From an uncultured Chitinophagales bacterium (GTDB lineage: Bacteria; Bacteroidota; Bacteroidia; Chitinophagales; JADIYW01), in the NCBI GenBank assembly GCA_964507125.1, contig CAZDOT010000009.1:13463-77462 (forward strand): a stretch of 64,000 bases of DNA. Reading direction: 5' to 3'. Below the pieces are notes generated by a model. It saw only the letters and a list, made by a program, of their open reading frames with translations, was not told where the DNA came from and did not search any database. The translations under genes and the position numbers were made by a program. Shown in pieces: positions 9,162-18,917 of the stretch (within the stretch, counting starts at the first letter, position 1; each line of letters begins with the position of its first letter).

Positions 9162-10319
9162 ATGGCAAAAAGAGATTATTATGAAGTTTTAGGTGTAGCA
9201 AAAAGTGCAAGTGCCGAAGAAATAAAAAAAGCATATCGCAAATTAGCTATCCAATATCATCCCGATAAAAATCCGGGCGATAAAGCCTCTGAAGAAAAAT
9301 TTAAAGAAGCAGCGGAAGCGTATGACGTGTTGAGTAATGAAGATAAACGTGCTAAATATGATCGATTCGGACATCAAGGTGCTGCCGGCGGTTTTGGCGG
9401 TGGCTATGGTGGCGGTATGAATATGGATGATATTTTCTCTCAATTCGGCGATATTTTTGGCGGCGGCGGCGGCGGCAATCCGTTTGAGTCATTTTTTGGC
9501 GGAGGTGGCAGAAGAAAAGAACGTGGTCAAGGTCAGCGTGGTAGCAATTTGCGTGTAAAAGTAAAATTGGATTTAGAAGAAATTGCCAATGGCGCTCAGA
9601 AAAAAATTAAAGTAAAAAAACATGTTTGTTGCGATGCTTGTAACGGCATTGGTGCAAAAGATAATAACTCATTCCAAACATGTAATACGTGTAACGGAAG
9701 TGGTGTCGTACGTAAAGTAACTCAAACATTCTTGGGGCAAATGGCAACAACAGGCACTTGCCCAACGTGCGAAGGAGAAGGAAAAATTATTACCAATAAA
9801 TGTACAAAATGTCGTGGCGAAGGTAGAGTGTATGGCGAAGATATTGTAACAATAGATATTCCGGCAGGTGTAAGCGAAGGCATTCAATTGTCTATGAGTG
9901 GAAAAGGAAATGCCGGTATTCGCGGTGGCTATCCGGGCGATTTATTAATCAATATCGAAGAAACACCACATCCGGAATTAAAACGTGAAGACACAAATAT
10001 CATTTATCATTTGTATTTAAACTTTGCAGAAGCTGCACTTGGTACACAAGTAGAAGTGCCAACCATTGGCGGCAGCGCTAAAATAAAAATTCCAAAAGGA
10101 ACACAAAGTGGTAAATTATTTAGATTACAAGGAAAAGGAATTCCGAGTTTAAATGGTTATGGAAAAGGCGACCAAATTGTAGAAGTACAAATATTTACAC
10201 CACAAGAATTATCGGCAGAAGAAACCGCCTTTTTAGAAAAATTACGCGACTCGAAAAATTTTAATCCACAAGCACAAAAAGAAAAAAATAAAGGCTTCTT
10301 CGATAAGTTTTTCCATTAA
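9162..10319 (+). CDS. dnaJ: molecular chaperone DnaJ
   Basis: J domain DYYEVLGV...YHPDKNPGD. It has a G/F-rich linker and four CxxCxGxG zinc-finger repeats. Confidence 0.97.
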   Translation: MAKRDYYEVLGVAKSASAEEIKKAYRKLAIQYHPDKNPGDKASEEKFKEAAEAYDVLSNEDKRAKYDRFGHQGAAGGFGGGYGGGMNMDDIFSQFGDIFGGGGGGNPFESFFGGGGRRKERGQGQRGSNLRVKVKLDLEEIANGAQKKIKVKKHVCCDACNGIGAKDNNSFQTCNTCNGSGVVRKVTQTFLGQMATTGTCPTCEGEGKIITNKCTKCRGEGRVYGEDIVTIDIPAGVSEGIQLSMSGKGNAGIRGGYPGDLLINIEETPHPELKREDTNIIYHLYLNFAEAALGTQVEVPTIGGSAKIKIPKGTQSGKLFRLQGKGIPSLNGYGKGDQIVEVQIFTPQELSAEETAFLEKLRDSKNFNPQAQKEKNKGFFDKFFH

Positions 10320-10380
10320 TAGTTTCAGTAGATAAGGTGGTGCTTATCACCATTATTTTTTACTACTTTTGTATAGAAAC

Positions 10381-10410
10381 ATGCTACAATTTTTATTGTA
10401 GCATTTTTTA
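10381..10410 (+). terminator. intrinsic terminator after dnaJ
   Basis: A perfect 10-bp stem ATGCTACAAT / ATTGTAGCAT with loop TTTT, followed by TTTTTAT. Confidence 0.8.
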
Positions 10411-10452
10411 TAGATAAAATGGTTCTGTATAATTATTAAATCAATTAGATAA

Positions 10453-11364
10453 ATGGCATTTATTGAAATTCAACATATTTCAAAATCGTTTCAACAAAAG
10501 ATGGCATTGCAAGATGTCAGCTTATCAATAGAACAAAATAAGATTTATGGTTTGTTGGGGCCCAATGGTGCTGGAAAAACAACCTTGATACGGAATATCA
10601 CTCAAATCTTTTTTCCGGATTCCGGAAAGATACTCTGGAATGGTGAGCCATTGTCCGAAAAGCATCAAAACTTAATTGGATATATGCCGGAAGAACGCGG
10701 CTTATATAAAAAAATGCAAGTTGGAGAGCAGTTGTTGTATTTTGCACAATTACGCAATTTCTCCAAAGCAGAAGCCAATCAAAAAATTAATTATTGGTTG
10801 CAGAAATTAGATATCGAAAGTTGGCGAAATAAAACAGTCGAAGAATTATCAAAAGGCATGCAACAAAAAGTACAATTCGTAGCAACCGTATTGCATAATC
10901 CAACTTTATTGATTTTAGATGAACCATTTTCCGGCCTCGATCCAATCAATGCAGAACTGATAAAAAATGAGATTTTCGAATTGCATGAAAATGGAACAAC
11001 AATTATTTTTTCGACACACAGAATGGAAAATGTAGAAGAAATTTGTGAAGATATATTTTTGATAAATGAAGGAAAAATAATCTTAGAAGGCAATGTGCAA
11101 TCCATCAAGCAACACTATAAACAACATTTAATAAAAGTAGAGATTATCTCAGAAACACCCATAAATGATAGTGTTCACACACAAACCGATATCGTTGCAC
11201 AAGGAACAAACTATCTTATATTTAAACTAAAAGAAAATCAAACGGTAAACGATGTGTTGAAGATATTGATGCAACAACAAATAGAAATTTCAGGAGTATC
11301 CGAAATATTACCCACTGTGAATGAAATTTTTATTCAAACAGTAAAAGAAAGTGGATTGAAATAA
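10453..11364 (+). CDS. ABC transporter ATP-binding protein (ABC-2/NatA-like)
   Basis: Walker A GPNGAGKTT, signature LSKGMQQK, Walker B LLILDEP. Confidence 0.93.
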   Translation: MAFIEIQHISKSFQQKMALQDVSLSIEQNKIYGLLGPNGAGKTTLIRNITQIFFPDSGKILWNGEPLSEKHQNLIGYMPEERGLYKKMQVGEQLLYFAQLRNFSKAEANQKINYWLQKLDIESWRNKTVEELSKGMQQKVQFVATVLHNPTLLILDEPFSGLDPINAELIKNEIFELHENGTTIIFSTHRMENVEEICEDIFLINEGKIILEGNVQSIKQHYKQHLIKVEIISETPINDSVHTQTDIVAQGTNYLIFKLKENQTVNDVLKILMQQQIEISGVSEILPTVNEIFIQTVKESGLK

Positions 11365-11407
11365 ATTTCATTAGATAGCAATTTAATCAGGCATAAATAC
11401 GCATAAA

Positions 11408-12715
11408 ATGACGAAAATTTGGCATATAATACAACGAGAATATGTTACACGAGTTCGTAAAAAATCCTTCCTTATTTTAACGATTTTATTGCCGGTATTA
11501 GTAGGCGTATTTATGATAGCAACAGTGCGTATTGCTACGGCGTCACAAGAAAAATTGCGTATTGCCGTAAAAGATGAAAGTGGTTTTTTTGAAGATAAAT
11601 TCAGAGGTATGGACGAAGGTGAAAGCCTGCGTTTTATATATCTCACCGGCAATCAGCAGCCTATAGATTCATTGAAAGATATGTATCAAAATATTAATTG
11701 TGATGGCATATTGTATATTCCCCAATTAGACGTTGATAAACCGAATGGTATAGCGTATTATTCCGAAAACGAATTAGGCTTAGGTACAAAAGATCACATC
11801 GTCAAAAATTTATCTGATGAAATACGAAATCGCGCATTGGCACAACGTAATTACAATATAGATACCATCGAGTTTTTTGATAAGAAAATAACTGTAGAGC
11901 AAATTATTGGTAATGAAAAGAAAAAAGGCAGTGCCGAGATTGGCGGCTTGTTTGGTTATGCTTGCGGTATGCTTATTTATATTTTCTTGATTGTTTATGG
12001 TGCAATGGTGATGCGTAGTGTAACAGAAGAAAAAACGAACCGAATTGTGGAAGTATTAGTAACAACGGTAAAACCTTTTCAATTAATGATTGGAAAAATT
12101 ATTGGAATTGGAGCAGTGGGCTTAACGCAGTTTATACTTTGGGGCATACTTATATTTCTCATCAACCTATTATTGCCTGTATTTTTAGGTGATCAGATGA
12201 TGGCAATGCAAACCATGCAACAAAATAATCAGATGATGTCTAACTCGGAAAGTATGCAAATGATAGCCGAAATTTCTACAGCGTTTCAAGATATAAATTT
12301 GACTCGCATGATATTTAGTTTTGTGTTTTATTTCATTTTTGGATATTTATTTTATGCATCGCAATTTGCAGCAATTGGTGCCGCCATGACCGACGATAAC
12401 GATGCGCAATCTTTTACGTTTCCTATTACTATTCCCATTATTATTTCTATGGTGTTGATGTCGGTGACGTTGTCGCAGCCATTTTCTTCGGCGGCATTTT
12501 GGGGTTCCATTTTGCCTTTTTCTTCTCCCATTATTATGATTACAAGAATCCCGTTTCAAGTGGCTTGGTGGGAGCAATTATTGTCGATGTTTATCTTGTT
12601 TATTTCATCAGTAGGCATGGCATATATTGCTGCAAAAATTTATAGAGTAGGCATTTTAATACAAGGAAAAAAAGTTACGTTTAAGGAAATTGGTAAATGG
12701 ATTTTTGTGAAATAA
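11408..12715 (+). CDS. ABC-2 family transporter permease (NatB-like)
   Basis: One N-terminal TM segment, a large extracytoplasmic loop, then about 5 C-terminal TM segments. It lies directly downstream of the ATPase gene. Confidence 0.85.
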   Translation: MTKIWHIIQREYVTRVRKKSFLILTILLPVLVGVFMIATVRIATASQEKLRIAVKDESGFFEDKFRGMDEGESLRFIYLTGNQQPIDSLKDMYQNINCDGILYIPQLDVDKPNGIAYYSENELGLGTKDHIVKNLSDEIRNRALAQRNYNIDTIEFFDKKITVEQIIGNEKKKGSAEIGGLFGYACGMLIYIFLIVYGAMVMRSVTEEKTNRIVEVLVTTVKPFQLMIGKIIGIGAVGLTQFILWGILIFLINLLLPVFLGDQMMAMQTMQQNNQMMSNSESMQMIAEISTAFQDINLTRMIFSFVFYFIFGYLFYASQFAAIGAAMTDDNDAQSFTFPITIPIIISMVLMSVTLSQPFSSAAFWGSILPFSSPIIMITRIPFQVAWWEQLLSMFILFISSVGMAYIAAKIYRVGILIQGKKVTFKEIGKWIFVK

Positions 12716-12761
12716 TATTTTCAATTTATTTTCTTTGTTTGCGTAAAGTACCTTCTGCACT

Positions 12762-12774
12762 AACTCGCGCAAGT
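12762..12774. repeat. copy 1 of the exact 13-mer AACTCGCGCAAGT, at the tip of a hairpin
   Basis: CTGCA..ACT CGCGCA AGT..TGCAG. The identical 13-mer recurs at 13116-13128. Confidence 0.7.
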
Positions 12775-12830
12775 ATGCAGTATAGCTTTGTGCTGTGGCG
12801 TACTTGTGCATAGAAAGAAATTTATTACTA

Positions 12831-12862
12831 CATTATTCCATTATTTCATTATTCCATTATTT
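12831..12862. repeat. octamer tandem repeat CATTATT(C/T) x4
   Basis: CATTATTC CATTATTT CATTATTC CATTATTT. Confidence 0.8.
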
Positions 12863-13115
12863 TACTTTTGAAGCCAAAAGTAACAAAAGCTTTTTTTGAA
12901 CTACAAGGCAATTTGATGTTCGTTCCTCACATCAACCCGCTTCTAAAAACAACGCAAATGCTGATTGTTCTGCTTCGTTGATTTTAAAGCTATTGCTTTA
13001 TATTTCAAAAAATCGAACTCTTCTGCGTTCTTTACTCTTTTAGTAGTAAGTATTATACAAATAAAAGTAGCGTGTCGTACCATGAAAATGGGAATCTCAA
13101 TACGCATAAATCACC

Positions 13116-13128
13116 AACTCGCGCAAGT
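13116..13128. repeat. copy 2 of the exact 13-mer AACTCGCGCAAGT, in a perfect 9-bp stem hairpin
   Basis: TCACCAACT CGCGCA AGTTGGTGA (13111-13134). Confidence 0.7.
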
Positions 13129-13160
13129 TGGTGAAAATAGTTGATTGGTAAGTTACTTAA

Positions 13161-13209
13161 AATCCTAAATCTCAATTCTGAAATCTGAATTCTAAATTCT
13201 CTTCTCTAT
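13161..13209. repeat. degenerate heptamer tandem repeat A(A/T)TCTNA, about 7 units, ending 5 nt from the galE stop
   Basis: AATCCTA AATCTCA ATTCTGA AATCTGA ATTCTAA ATTCTCT TCTCTAT. Confidence 0.75.
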
Positions 13210-13213
13210 TTAT

Positions 13214-14236
13214 CTAACCCAATTCCTGCATTTTTAATTCCCATTTCCAAGCACTGAGCATGGCATCTTCTAAGGAATATTGGCAATGCCAATCAAGATG
13301 TGTAGAAGCTTTGGTTTTATCTGCATACACCGCAACCACATCACCGGCACGGCGGGCACCAATGGTGTAATTTAGCTTTTGTTCGCTTACCTTTTCAAAA
13401 GCAGCAATTGCTTCTAAAACAGAAACACCTTTGCCTGTTCCTAAATTAAATACTTCTACAGCAGTCGCATTTTTTTTGTCTATTAAATATTGTAATGCCA
13501 ATGTGTGTGCATGTGCAATATCGCATACATGAATATAGTCACGGATATTGCTGCCATCGCGTGTGTTGTAGTCGTTGCCGAATACCGTAAGCTGTTGTAA
13601 TTTTCCAATAGCCGTTTGTGTGATATAAGGCACTAAATTATTAGGTTTATCCAAAGGTATTTCACCAATTAATGCAGATGGATGAGCACCAACCGGATTG
13701 AAATAACGCAATAAAATATTTTGATGCAATGGATGTGCTTTGGAAAAATTTTGGATAATATCTTCACCGATTTGTTTGGTATGTGCATACGGACTTTCTG
13801 CCGTTTGTATAGGAGTTGTTTCTGTTACCGGTAACGTTTCGGCATTGCCATAAATAGAACAAGAAGATGAAAAAACAAAATTTGGTATTTGATATGCGTG
13901 CATTGCTTGCAATACATTCACCAAGGAGTTGATGTTGTTTGCATAATAGAGCAATGGATGTTCCACTGATTCCGGAACAGATTTTAATGCAGCAAAATGT
14001 ATAATTCCGATAGCATCTTTATGTTCTTGAAACACTTTGAAAACAGCCTCTTTATCACATAAATCTATCTGATGGAAAATGGGCTTCTTGCCGGTAATTT
14101 GTTCTATACCATCTAATGCATATTTTTTGGAGCGAGAAAGATTGTCGATGCAAACCACTTCAAAATTATGATTCAATAAATCCACGATGGTGTGTGAACC
14201 TATATAACCTGTACCACCTGTAACAATTACTTTCAT
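13214..14236 (-). CDS. galE: UDP-glucose 4-epimerase
   Basis: N-terminal VTGGTGYIGSH Rossmann motif, a YAHTK catalytic Y-x-x-x-K, and 340 aa typical of GalE. Confidence 0.93.
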   Translation of the reverse strand: MKVIVTGGTGYIGSHTIVDLLNHNFEVVCIDNLSRSKKYALDGIEQITGKKPIFHQIDLCDKEAVFKVFQEHKDAIGIIHFAALKSVPESVEHPLLYYANNINSLVNVLQAMHAYQIPNFVFSSSCSIYGNAETLPVTETTPIQTAESPYAHTKQIGEDIIQNFSKAHPLHQNILLRYFNPVGAHPSALIGEIPLDKPNNLVPYITQTAIGKLQQLTVFGNDYNTRDGSNIRDYIHVCDIAHAHTLALQYLIDKKNATAVEVFNLGTGKGVSVLEAIAAFEKVSEQKLNYTIGARRAGDVVAVYADKTKASTHLDWHCQYSLEDAMLSAWKWELKMQELG

Positions 14237-14289
14237 GAAAATGGAAATTTAGAACGGAAATGAAAATTACTTTTTTTAAACACTTTTGC

Positions 14290-14324
14290 TAATCACTAAT
14301 CACTAATTACTCATCACTCATCAC
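14290..14324. repeat. heptamer tandem repeat T(A/C)AT(C/T)AC x5 overlapping the rfbA stop codon
   Basis: TAATCAC TAATCAC TAATTAC TCATCAC TCATCAC. The rfbA TGA stop (complement of 14321-14323) lies in the last unit. Confidence 0.85.
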
Positions 14325-15184
14325 TGCTTCAATATATCCAATAAATATTGGCCGTATCCACTTTTTAAAAGTGGTTGTGCTATTTCATTTAATTGTTCTG
14401 CTGTTATAAATCCTTTGCGGTATGCTACTTCTTCTATGCAACCTACTTTTAAGCCTTGTCGTTGCTCTATGACTTGCACAAACTGTGATGCTTGCATCAA
14501 TGAATCAAATGTTCCGGTATCTAACCATGCTGTACCGCGGTCTAAAATGCCGACTTTTAATTTTCCTCTTTTTAAATATTCTTTATTTACGTCCGTAATT
14601 TCATATTCTCCACGTGCACTCGGTTGGAGTTCTTCTGCAATCTGTACAACATCGTTATCATAAAAATATAAACCCGGCACTGCATAATTGGATTTTGGAT
14701 GTGTTGGTTTTTCCTCTATGGAAACAGCATTCAACTCTTTGTCAAATTCTACTACACCATAACGTTCCGGATCGGAAACGTGATAAGCGTATATTACACC
14801 ACCATCCGGATTATTGTTGTTTTCCAACAAATCACCCAAACCGGAACCATAGAAAATATTATCACCCAAAACCAAGGCTACTTTATCGTTCCCAATAAAT
14901 TCTTTTCCTATCACAAATGCTTGTGCTAAGCCATTCGGTACTTCTTGAATCGCATATTGGAAATTACAACCGTATTTTTTGCCATCACCCAACAAACGTT
15001 GGAAATTCGGCATATCGTGTGGCGTGGAAATAATTAGAATTTCATTAATTCCGGCTAACATCAATACGGAAAGTGGATAATAAATCATCGGCTTGTCGTA
15101 AATCGGCATAATTTGCTTGCTGATGGCATAGGTAATAGGGTATAATCGTGTTCCACTGCCGCCGGCTAATATGATTCCTTTCAT
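14321..15184 (-). CDS. rfbA: glucose-1-phosphate thymidylyltransferase
   Basis: [19 protein letters not shown]-terminus. The length and motifs are RmlA-like throughout. Confidence 0.95.
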   Translation of the reverse strand: MKGIILAGGSGTRLYPITYAISKQIMPIYDKPMIYYPLSVLMLAGINEILIISTPHDMPNFQRLLGDGKKYGCNFQYAIQEVPNGLAQAFVIGKEFIGNDKVALVLGDNIFYGSGLGDLLENNNNPDGGVIYAYHVSDPERYGVVEFDKELNAVSIEEKPTHPKSNYAVPGLYFYDNDVVQIAEELQPSARGEYEITDVNKEYLKRGKLKVGILDRGTAWLDTGTFDSLMQASQFVQVIEQRQGLKVGCIEEVAYRKGFITAEQLNEIAQPLLKSGYGQYLLDILKQ

Positions 15185-15334
15185 TTTTTAGTTGCTTATC
15201 AAAAAATTGTGAATAATAATTTGTAAAAATACATACTTAATAGCTACAAATTTAATATGTTTGTTGAGAAAATTGGAAGATTAAAGAAATTGTGTTAACT
15301 TAGCGTTAATTACATCAAAAACATCCTTACAAAA

Positions 15335-16021
15335 ATGGCTGAAAAAACATTTAAAATTCTGGTTGTAGACGACGAACCAGATATCTTAGAATTCTTAAGT
15401 TATAATTTAGAAAAAGAAGGCTTCTCTGTAGAAACAGCAGAAAATGGCAAACAAGCACTTGAAAAAGCTAAAAAAAGCCAGCCGGATATCGTTTTATTAG
15501 ACGTGATGATGCCGGAAATGGATGGTATAGAAGCGTGCAGAACAATGCGTGAAATGCCTCAATTTGAGCATACGATCATCGCATTCTTGACAGCAAGAAC
15601 AGAAGATTATTCTCAAATTGCAGGTTTTGAAACCGGTGCAGACGATTATATCAGCAAACCTATCAAACCAAGAGTTTTAGTAAGTCGTTTGAAAGCCTTG
15701 TTGAGAAGATACGAAGCCAAAGAATCTAAATCTTCTTTCTTAGATGTAGGAAATATTCAAATCGATAGAGAGCGTTATTTAATTATCTTCAACGGTACTG
15801 AAATGGCTGTTCCTCGTAAAGAGTTTGAATTACTGTATTTATTGGCATCTAAGCCTGGAAAAGTATTTAAACGCGATGAAATTTTAAATGAAATTTGGGG
15901 ACGTGATATCATCGTTGGCGATAGAACCATCGACGTACATATCCGTAAATTACGTGAAAAATTAGGTGAAGATTTAATTAAAACAGTAAAAGGTATCGGA
16001 TACAAATTTGAAGAAATATGA
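15335..16021 (+). CDS. OmpR/PhoB-family response regulator
   Basis: The REC domain shows VVDDEPDI...LLDVMMPEMDG...DDYISKP. The winged-helix C-terminus shows TIDVHIRKLREKL...GIGYKF. Confidence 0.93.
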   Translation: MAEKTFKILVVDDEPDILEFLSYNLEKEGFSVETAENGKQALEKAKKSQPDIVLLDVMMPEMDGIEACRTMREMPQFEHTIIAFLTARTEDYSQIAGFETGADDYISKPIKPRVLVSRLKALLRRYEAKESKSSFLDVGNIQIDRERYLIIFNGTEMAVPRKEFELLYLLASKPGKVFKRDEILNEIWGRDIIVGDRTIDVHIRKLREKLGEDLIKTVKGIGYKFEEI

Positions 16022-17067
16022 GAAGAGTTACTTCTCCAACATTATTAGCATTATATACAAGCATGGCAGTAGCAATTTTTTCTACTGCCATCTTTTTATG
16101 TTGTAGTCTTATCTTTCATTTTGAGTTTTCTTTTCTCTACAACACCATTTTTTTATGCATCATTTTTTTAATATCATTCGCCTTGTTTCGGTTTGTGATG
16201 ATTCGATTTGTTTATAACAAAATCAAGATTATTTACAAAGCGATTGGTAGGCCATTGAAGTTTCAAGAAGAAGTAAAATCCAATAGCAGCAGCACATTGA
16301 TAAAAACTGTGGAACGCGATGTGGCAGAATGGGCAATTAATAAAAACAAACAAATACGCGAACTAAAAAAATTAGAACAATACCGAAAAGATTTTGTGGG
16401 CAATGTTTCGCACGAATTAAAAACGCCTATTTTTAATGCACAAGGTTATATAGAAACGATTTTAGACAGCGATTTAGATGATCCTGTTTTTATAAAGTCG
16501 TATTTGGAAAAAGCCAATAGCAATATCGAGCGATTGGAATCTATTGTAACGGATTTATTGGAAATTTCTAAGTTTGAAAGCGGTCGCATTGAACTAAATA
16601 AAGAAGCATTTGATTTGGTGAAATTGATAAAGAAAGTTTTTTTTCAATATCATCATTTAACACAACAACAAAACACTACATTAAAAGTACACAGCGAAGA
16701 AAATACCATTTTTGTTTTTGCCGACATAAAACGTATTATGCAAGTATTGGAAAATTTAATTTCCAACTCTATCAAATACGGAAAAGAAAATGGAGCCACG
16801 CATATTTTTATTCACGATTTAGATGAACAATTTTTAATAGAAATTACGGATAATGGACCTGGTATTTCGGAAGAACATTTGCCTCGTTTATTTGAACGTT
16901 TTTACCGTGCAGATAAAAGTAGAAATCGCAAAATTAATGGAACCGGATTGGGCTTATCTATCGTGAAAAATATTATTGATGCACATGAACAAACCATCAA
17001 TGTTACCAGTGAAATAGGAAAAGGAACAACGTTTAGTTTTACGTTGCAAAAATACATTCCGGATTAA
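16018..17067 (+). CDS. sensor histidine kinase (two N-terminal TM segments, HisKA + HATPase_c)
   Basis: H-box VSHELKTPI, then NLISNSIKYG, DNGPGI and GTGLGLSIVK. Its start overlaps the regulator stop (ATGA). Confidence 0.92.
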   Translation: MRRVTSPTLLALYTSMAVAIFSTAIFLCCSLIFHFEFSFLYNTIFLCIIFLISFALFRFVMIRFVYNKIKIIYKAIGRPLKFQEEVKSNSSSTLIKTVERDVAEWAINKNKQIRELKKLEQYRKDFVGNVSHELKTPIFNAQGYIETILDSDLDDPVFIKSYLEKANSNIERLESIVTDLLEISKFESGRIELNKEAFDLVKLIKKVFFQYHHLTQQQNTTLKVHSEENTIFVFADIKRIMQVLENLISNSIKYGKENGATHIFIHDLDEQFLIEITDNGPGISEEHLPRLFERFYRADKSRNRKINGTGLGLSIVKNIIDAHEQTINVTSEIGKGTTFSFTLQKYIPD

Positions 17068-17076
17068 TATTCTTTC

Positions 17077-18387
17077 TTAGAAAGAGCAATACTTCATCAC
17101 TTTAGTGCGATAAATTATTTTCCCATTTTCATCTCTTACTAATAAAATATTAATGCCTCTACTAAAATCATTATTTTGTAGATAGATAATATTTTGCGAA
17201 TGTTTAAATGCTATTTTCTGTTGAGATTGTAATCTACCTAAGGCATCTATGATTTCAATTGTCAATGTTTCGTCGGTGAGATGTCGCACCGTTAATTTTG
17301 GTTGTAGTCCGCAAACTAATGGATTGGGAATTAATTTAAAATACTCAGATTCTATTTCGATGCTATCTTCTTTGCACCAATAGAATGTTTCAAAGTTATT
17401 ACAATCGTACAAGGTTTTGGACGTAATAGAATCCGAAGCAATATACGTACCTTCAGTCGTGGTGTTAGCAATTGTATTAGCTATAAATTGTGTTGATTTT
17501 TGTATGAGATATTGCACTGTTTGTTCATCGGCATCATATGGTAAATCTAACGTGCTAAAGCTATGATTAAATCCACAAAAAACATGCAATGCATACGGAT
17601 GATGATATTGCTCTAAGGTTTTGGTGAAAACACCCGGACCGTAGGAGCGAACCGCATTGCTGCAATTGCCAATCCAGCCATTAAAGAAATCAACAGCAAC
17701 ATCACATGTATTATTAAAAAGTAACAACGGGTATGGTTTAATAATAGTTGGATTGAGTTCGTAAAAACCACCGACAATACTAATAATTCCGGCAACATCG
17801 GTGCTGTTTTTAAATGTATTACCTTGGTTATCCAAACTTCCCAATCGCGTCAATCGTTCCGGATGTACGCTGCTATCACTGATGTATAGAGAATGCATCA
17901 CTAAAAAACCACCGGAGCTAATGCCCATTAAAAATATCTGATTACTATCGATACCTAAGGTAGCGGCATTGGCTTTGCAATAACGTATCAACGCTCTATT
18001 GTCTTGATAAGCGCGATGCGCTGCATCTAAAAATTTTTCTTGTGTAGCACTTTCGCAAATACCTTTGGTATCGGCCTCATACCAGCCTTGTCTAAAATCA
18101 GGTAAAATGACGCTGATGTTTTTTGCATTTAGTTTTTCTGTAAATGGTTTTAACATCGCCATATCTTTACTGCCCGAAGCATAACCACCACCGTGATATA
18201 AAATGACTAAAGGTAATTTTGTAGCGAATAAATTAGGCTTATATAAATCGGCTTGTAAAGCAATATTTTGATTGTTATAGGCGATGTTATTTCCATACGA
18301 AAATGGGATTTTTACACCGGCAAAAACAGCGTTGAAAGCCAAAAAAATGCCAACAATAAAGAATATAATTCCGAGTTGTTTACGCAT
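17077..18387 (-). CDS. secreted alpha/beta-fold esterase/lipase with T9SS C-terminal sorting domain
   Basis: Signal peptide, HGGGY oxyanion motif and nucleophile elbow GISSGG. The last ~80 aa (LTIEIIDALGRL...INILLVRDENGKIIYRTKVMK) follow the T9SS CTD pattern. Confidence 0.85.
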   Translation of the reverse strand: MRKQLGIIFFIVGIFLAFNAVFAGVKIPFSYGNNIAYNNQNIALQADLYKPNLFATKLPLVILYHGGGYASGSKDMAMLKPFTEKLNAKNISVILPDFRQGWYEADTKGICESATQEKFLDAAHRAYQDNRALIRYCKANAATLGIDSNQIFLMGISSGGFLVMHSLYISDSSVHPERLTRLGSLDNQGNTFKNSTDVAGIISIVGGFYELNPTIIKPYPLLLFNNTCDVAVDFFNGWIGNCSNAVRSYGPGVFTKTLEQYHHPYALHVFCGFNHSFSTLDLPYDADEQTVQYLIQKSTQFIANTIANTTTEGTYIASDSITSKTLYDCNNFETFYWCKEDSIEIESEYFKLIPNPLVCGLQPKLTVRHLTDETLTIEIIDALGRLQSQQKIAFKHSQNIIYLQNNDFSRGINILLVRDENGKIIYRTKVMKYCSF

Positions 18388-18832
18388 ATTTTTCTATGAT
18401 TTTATCGCAAGCTTTATCAAGCATATCAAATACTTGTTGGAATCCTTTATCATCAAAATATGGATCCGGCACACTGCGGTTTTCATTCGGATATAGCTCA
18501 TCTAAAATCAACTTTACTTTCTCTTCTTCTTCTTTATCTAAAGCCCATTTTTGTAAATCTTTATAATTGGAAATATCCATAGCAAAAATTAAATCAAACT
18601 CTTCGTAATCGGTACTGCGGATGCTTCTGGCTCGTTGGTCAGAAATATCAATACCATGTTTGGCGGCTACTTGTACAGAGCGTTTGTCCGGTGCTGAGCC
18701 TAAATGCCATTTGCCAGTTCCGGCACTATCTATATACCAATCTAAATTCTTTTGTGTGCATTTGTGTTTTAATATTCCTTCGGCTAAAGGTGAACGACAA
18801 ATATTTCCCAAACAAACCATTAATACTTTCAT
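18380..18832 (-). CDS. low-molecular-weight protein-tyrosine phosphatase
   Basis: P-loop CLGNICRSP near the N-terminus and a DPY motif (VPDPYFDD). The stop overlaps the esterase start by 8 nt (ATGCGTAA). Confidence 0.92.
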   Translation of the reverse strand: MKVLMVCLGNICRSPLAEGILKHKCTQKNLDWYIDSAGTGKWHLGSAPDKRSVQVAAKHGIDISDQRARSIRSTDYEEFDLIFAMDISNYKDLQKWALDKEEEEKVKLILDELYPNENRSVPDPYFDDKGFQQVFDMLDKACDKIIEKYA

Positions 18833-18917
18833 ATTGGCAAGCTATTATTTAAATGAAATAAAATATAAAACGATGTATTTTATTTACAAAAATGATTGTT
18901 TTATCTTACAATGCAAA

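Noticed and set aside
9459-9476. A (GGC)6 trinucleotide repeat.
   Set aside because: It encodes the Gly run of the normal DnaJ G/F-rich linker. It is in frame and unremarkable.
12934-13107. A 57-codon minus-strand ORF, and a possible relic of a four-helix-bundle gene in the 498-nt gap. The cues were EEFDFLKYKA versus KEFAYFLEIA, and a + frame FFELQGNL versus FELETQL.
   Set aside because: The similarities are a few residues on two different strands and are well within chance. By eye I also found no tRNA, tmRNA, RNase P or SRP signature sequences in the gap. It is kept only as a hypothesis in the finding for 12716-13213.
18621-18917. A 99-codon N-terminal extension of the FKBP ORF in the track.
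   Set aside because: The extension is antisense to the well-supported LMW-PTP gene. The internal ATG at 18918 gives a canonical lipoprotein signal (LVCIAAC).
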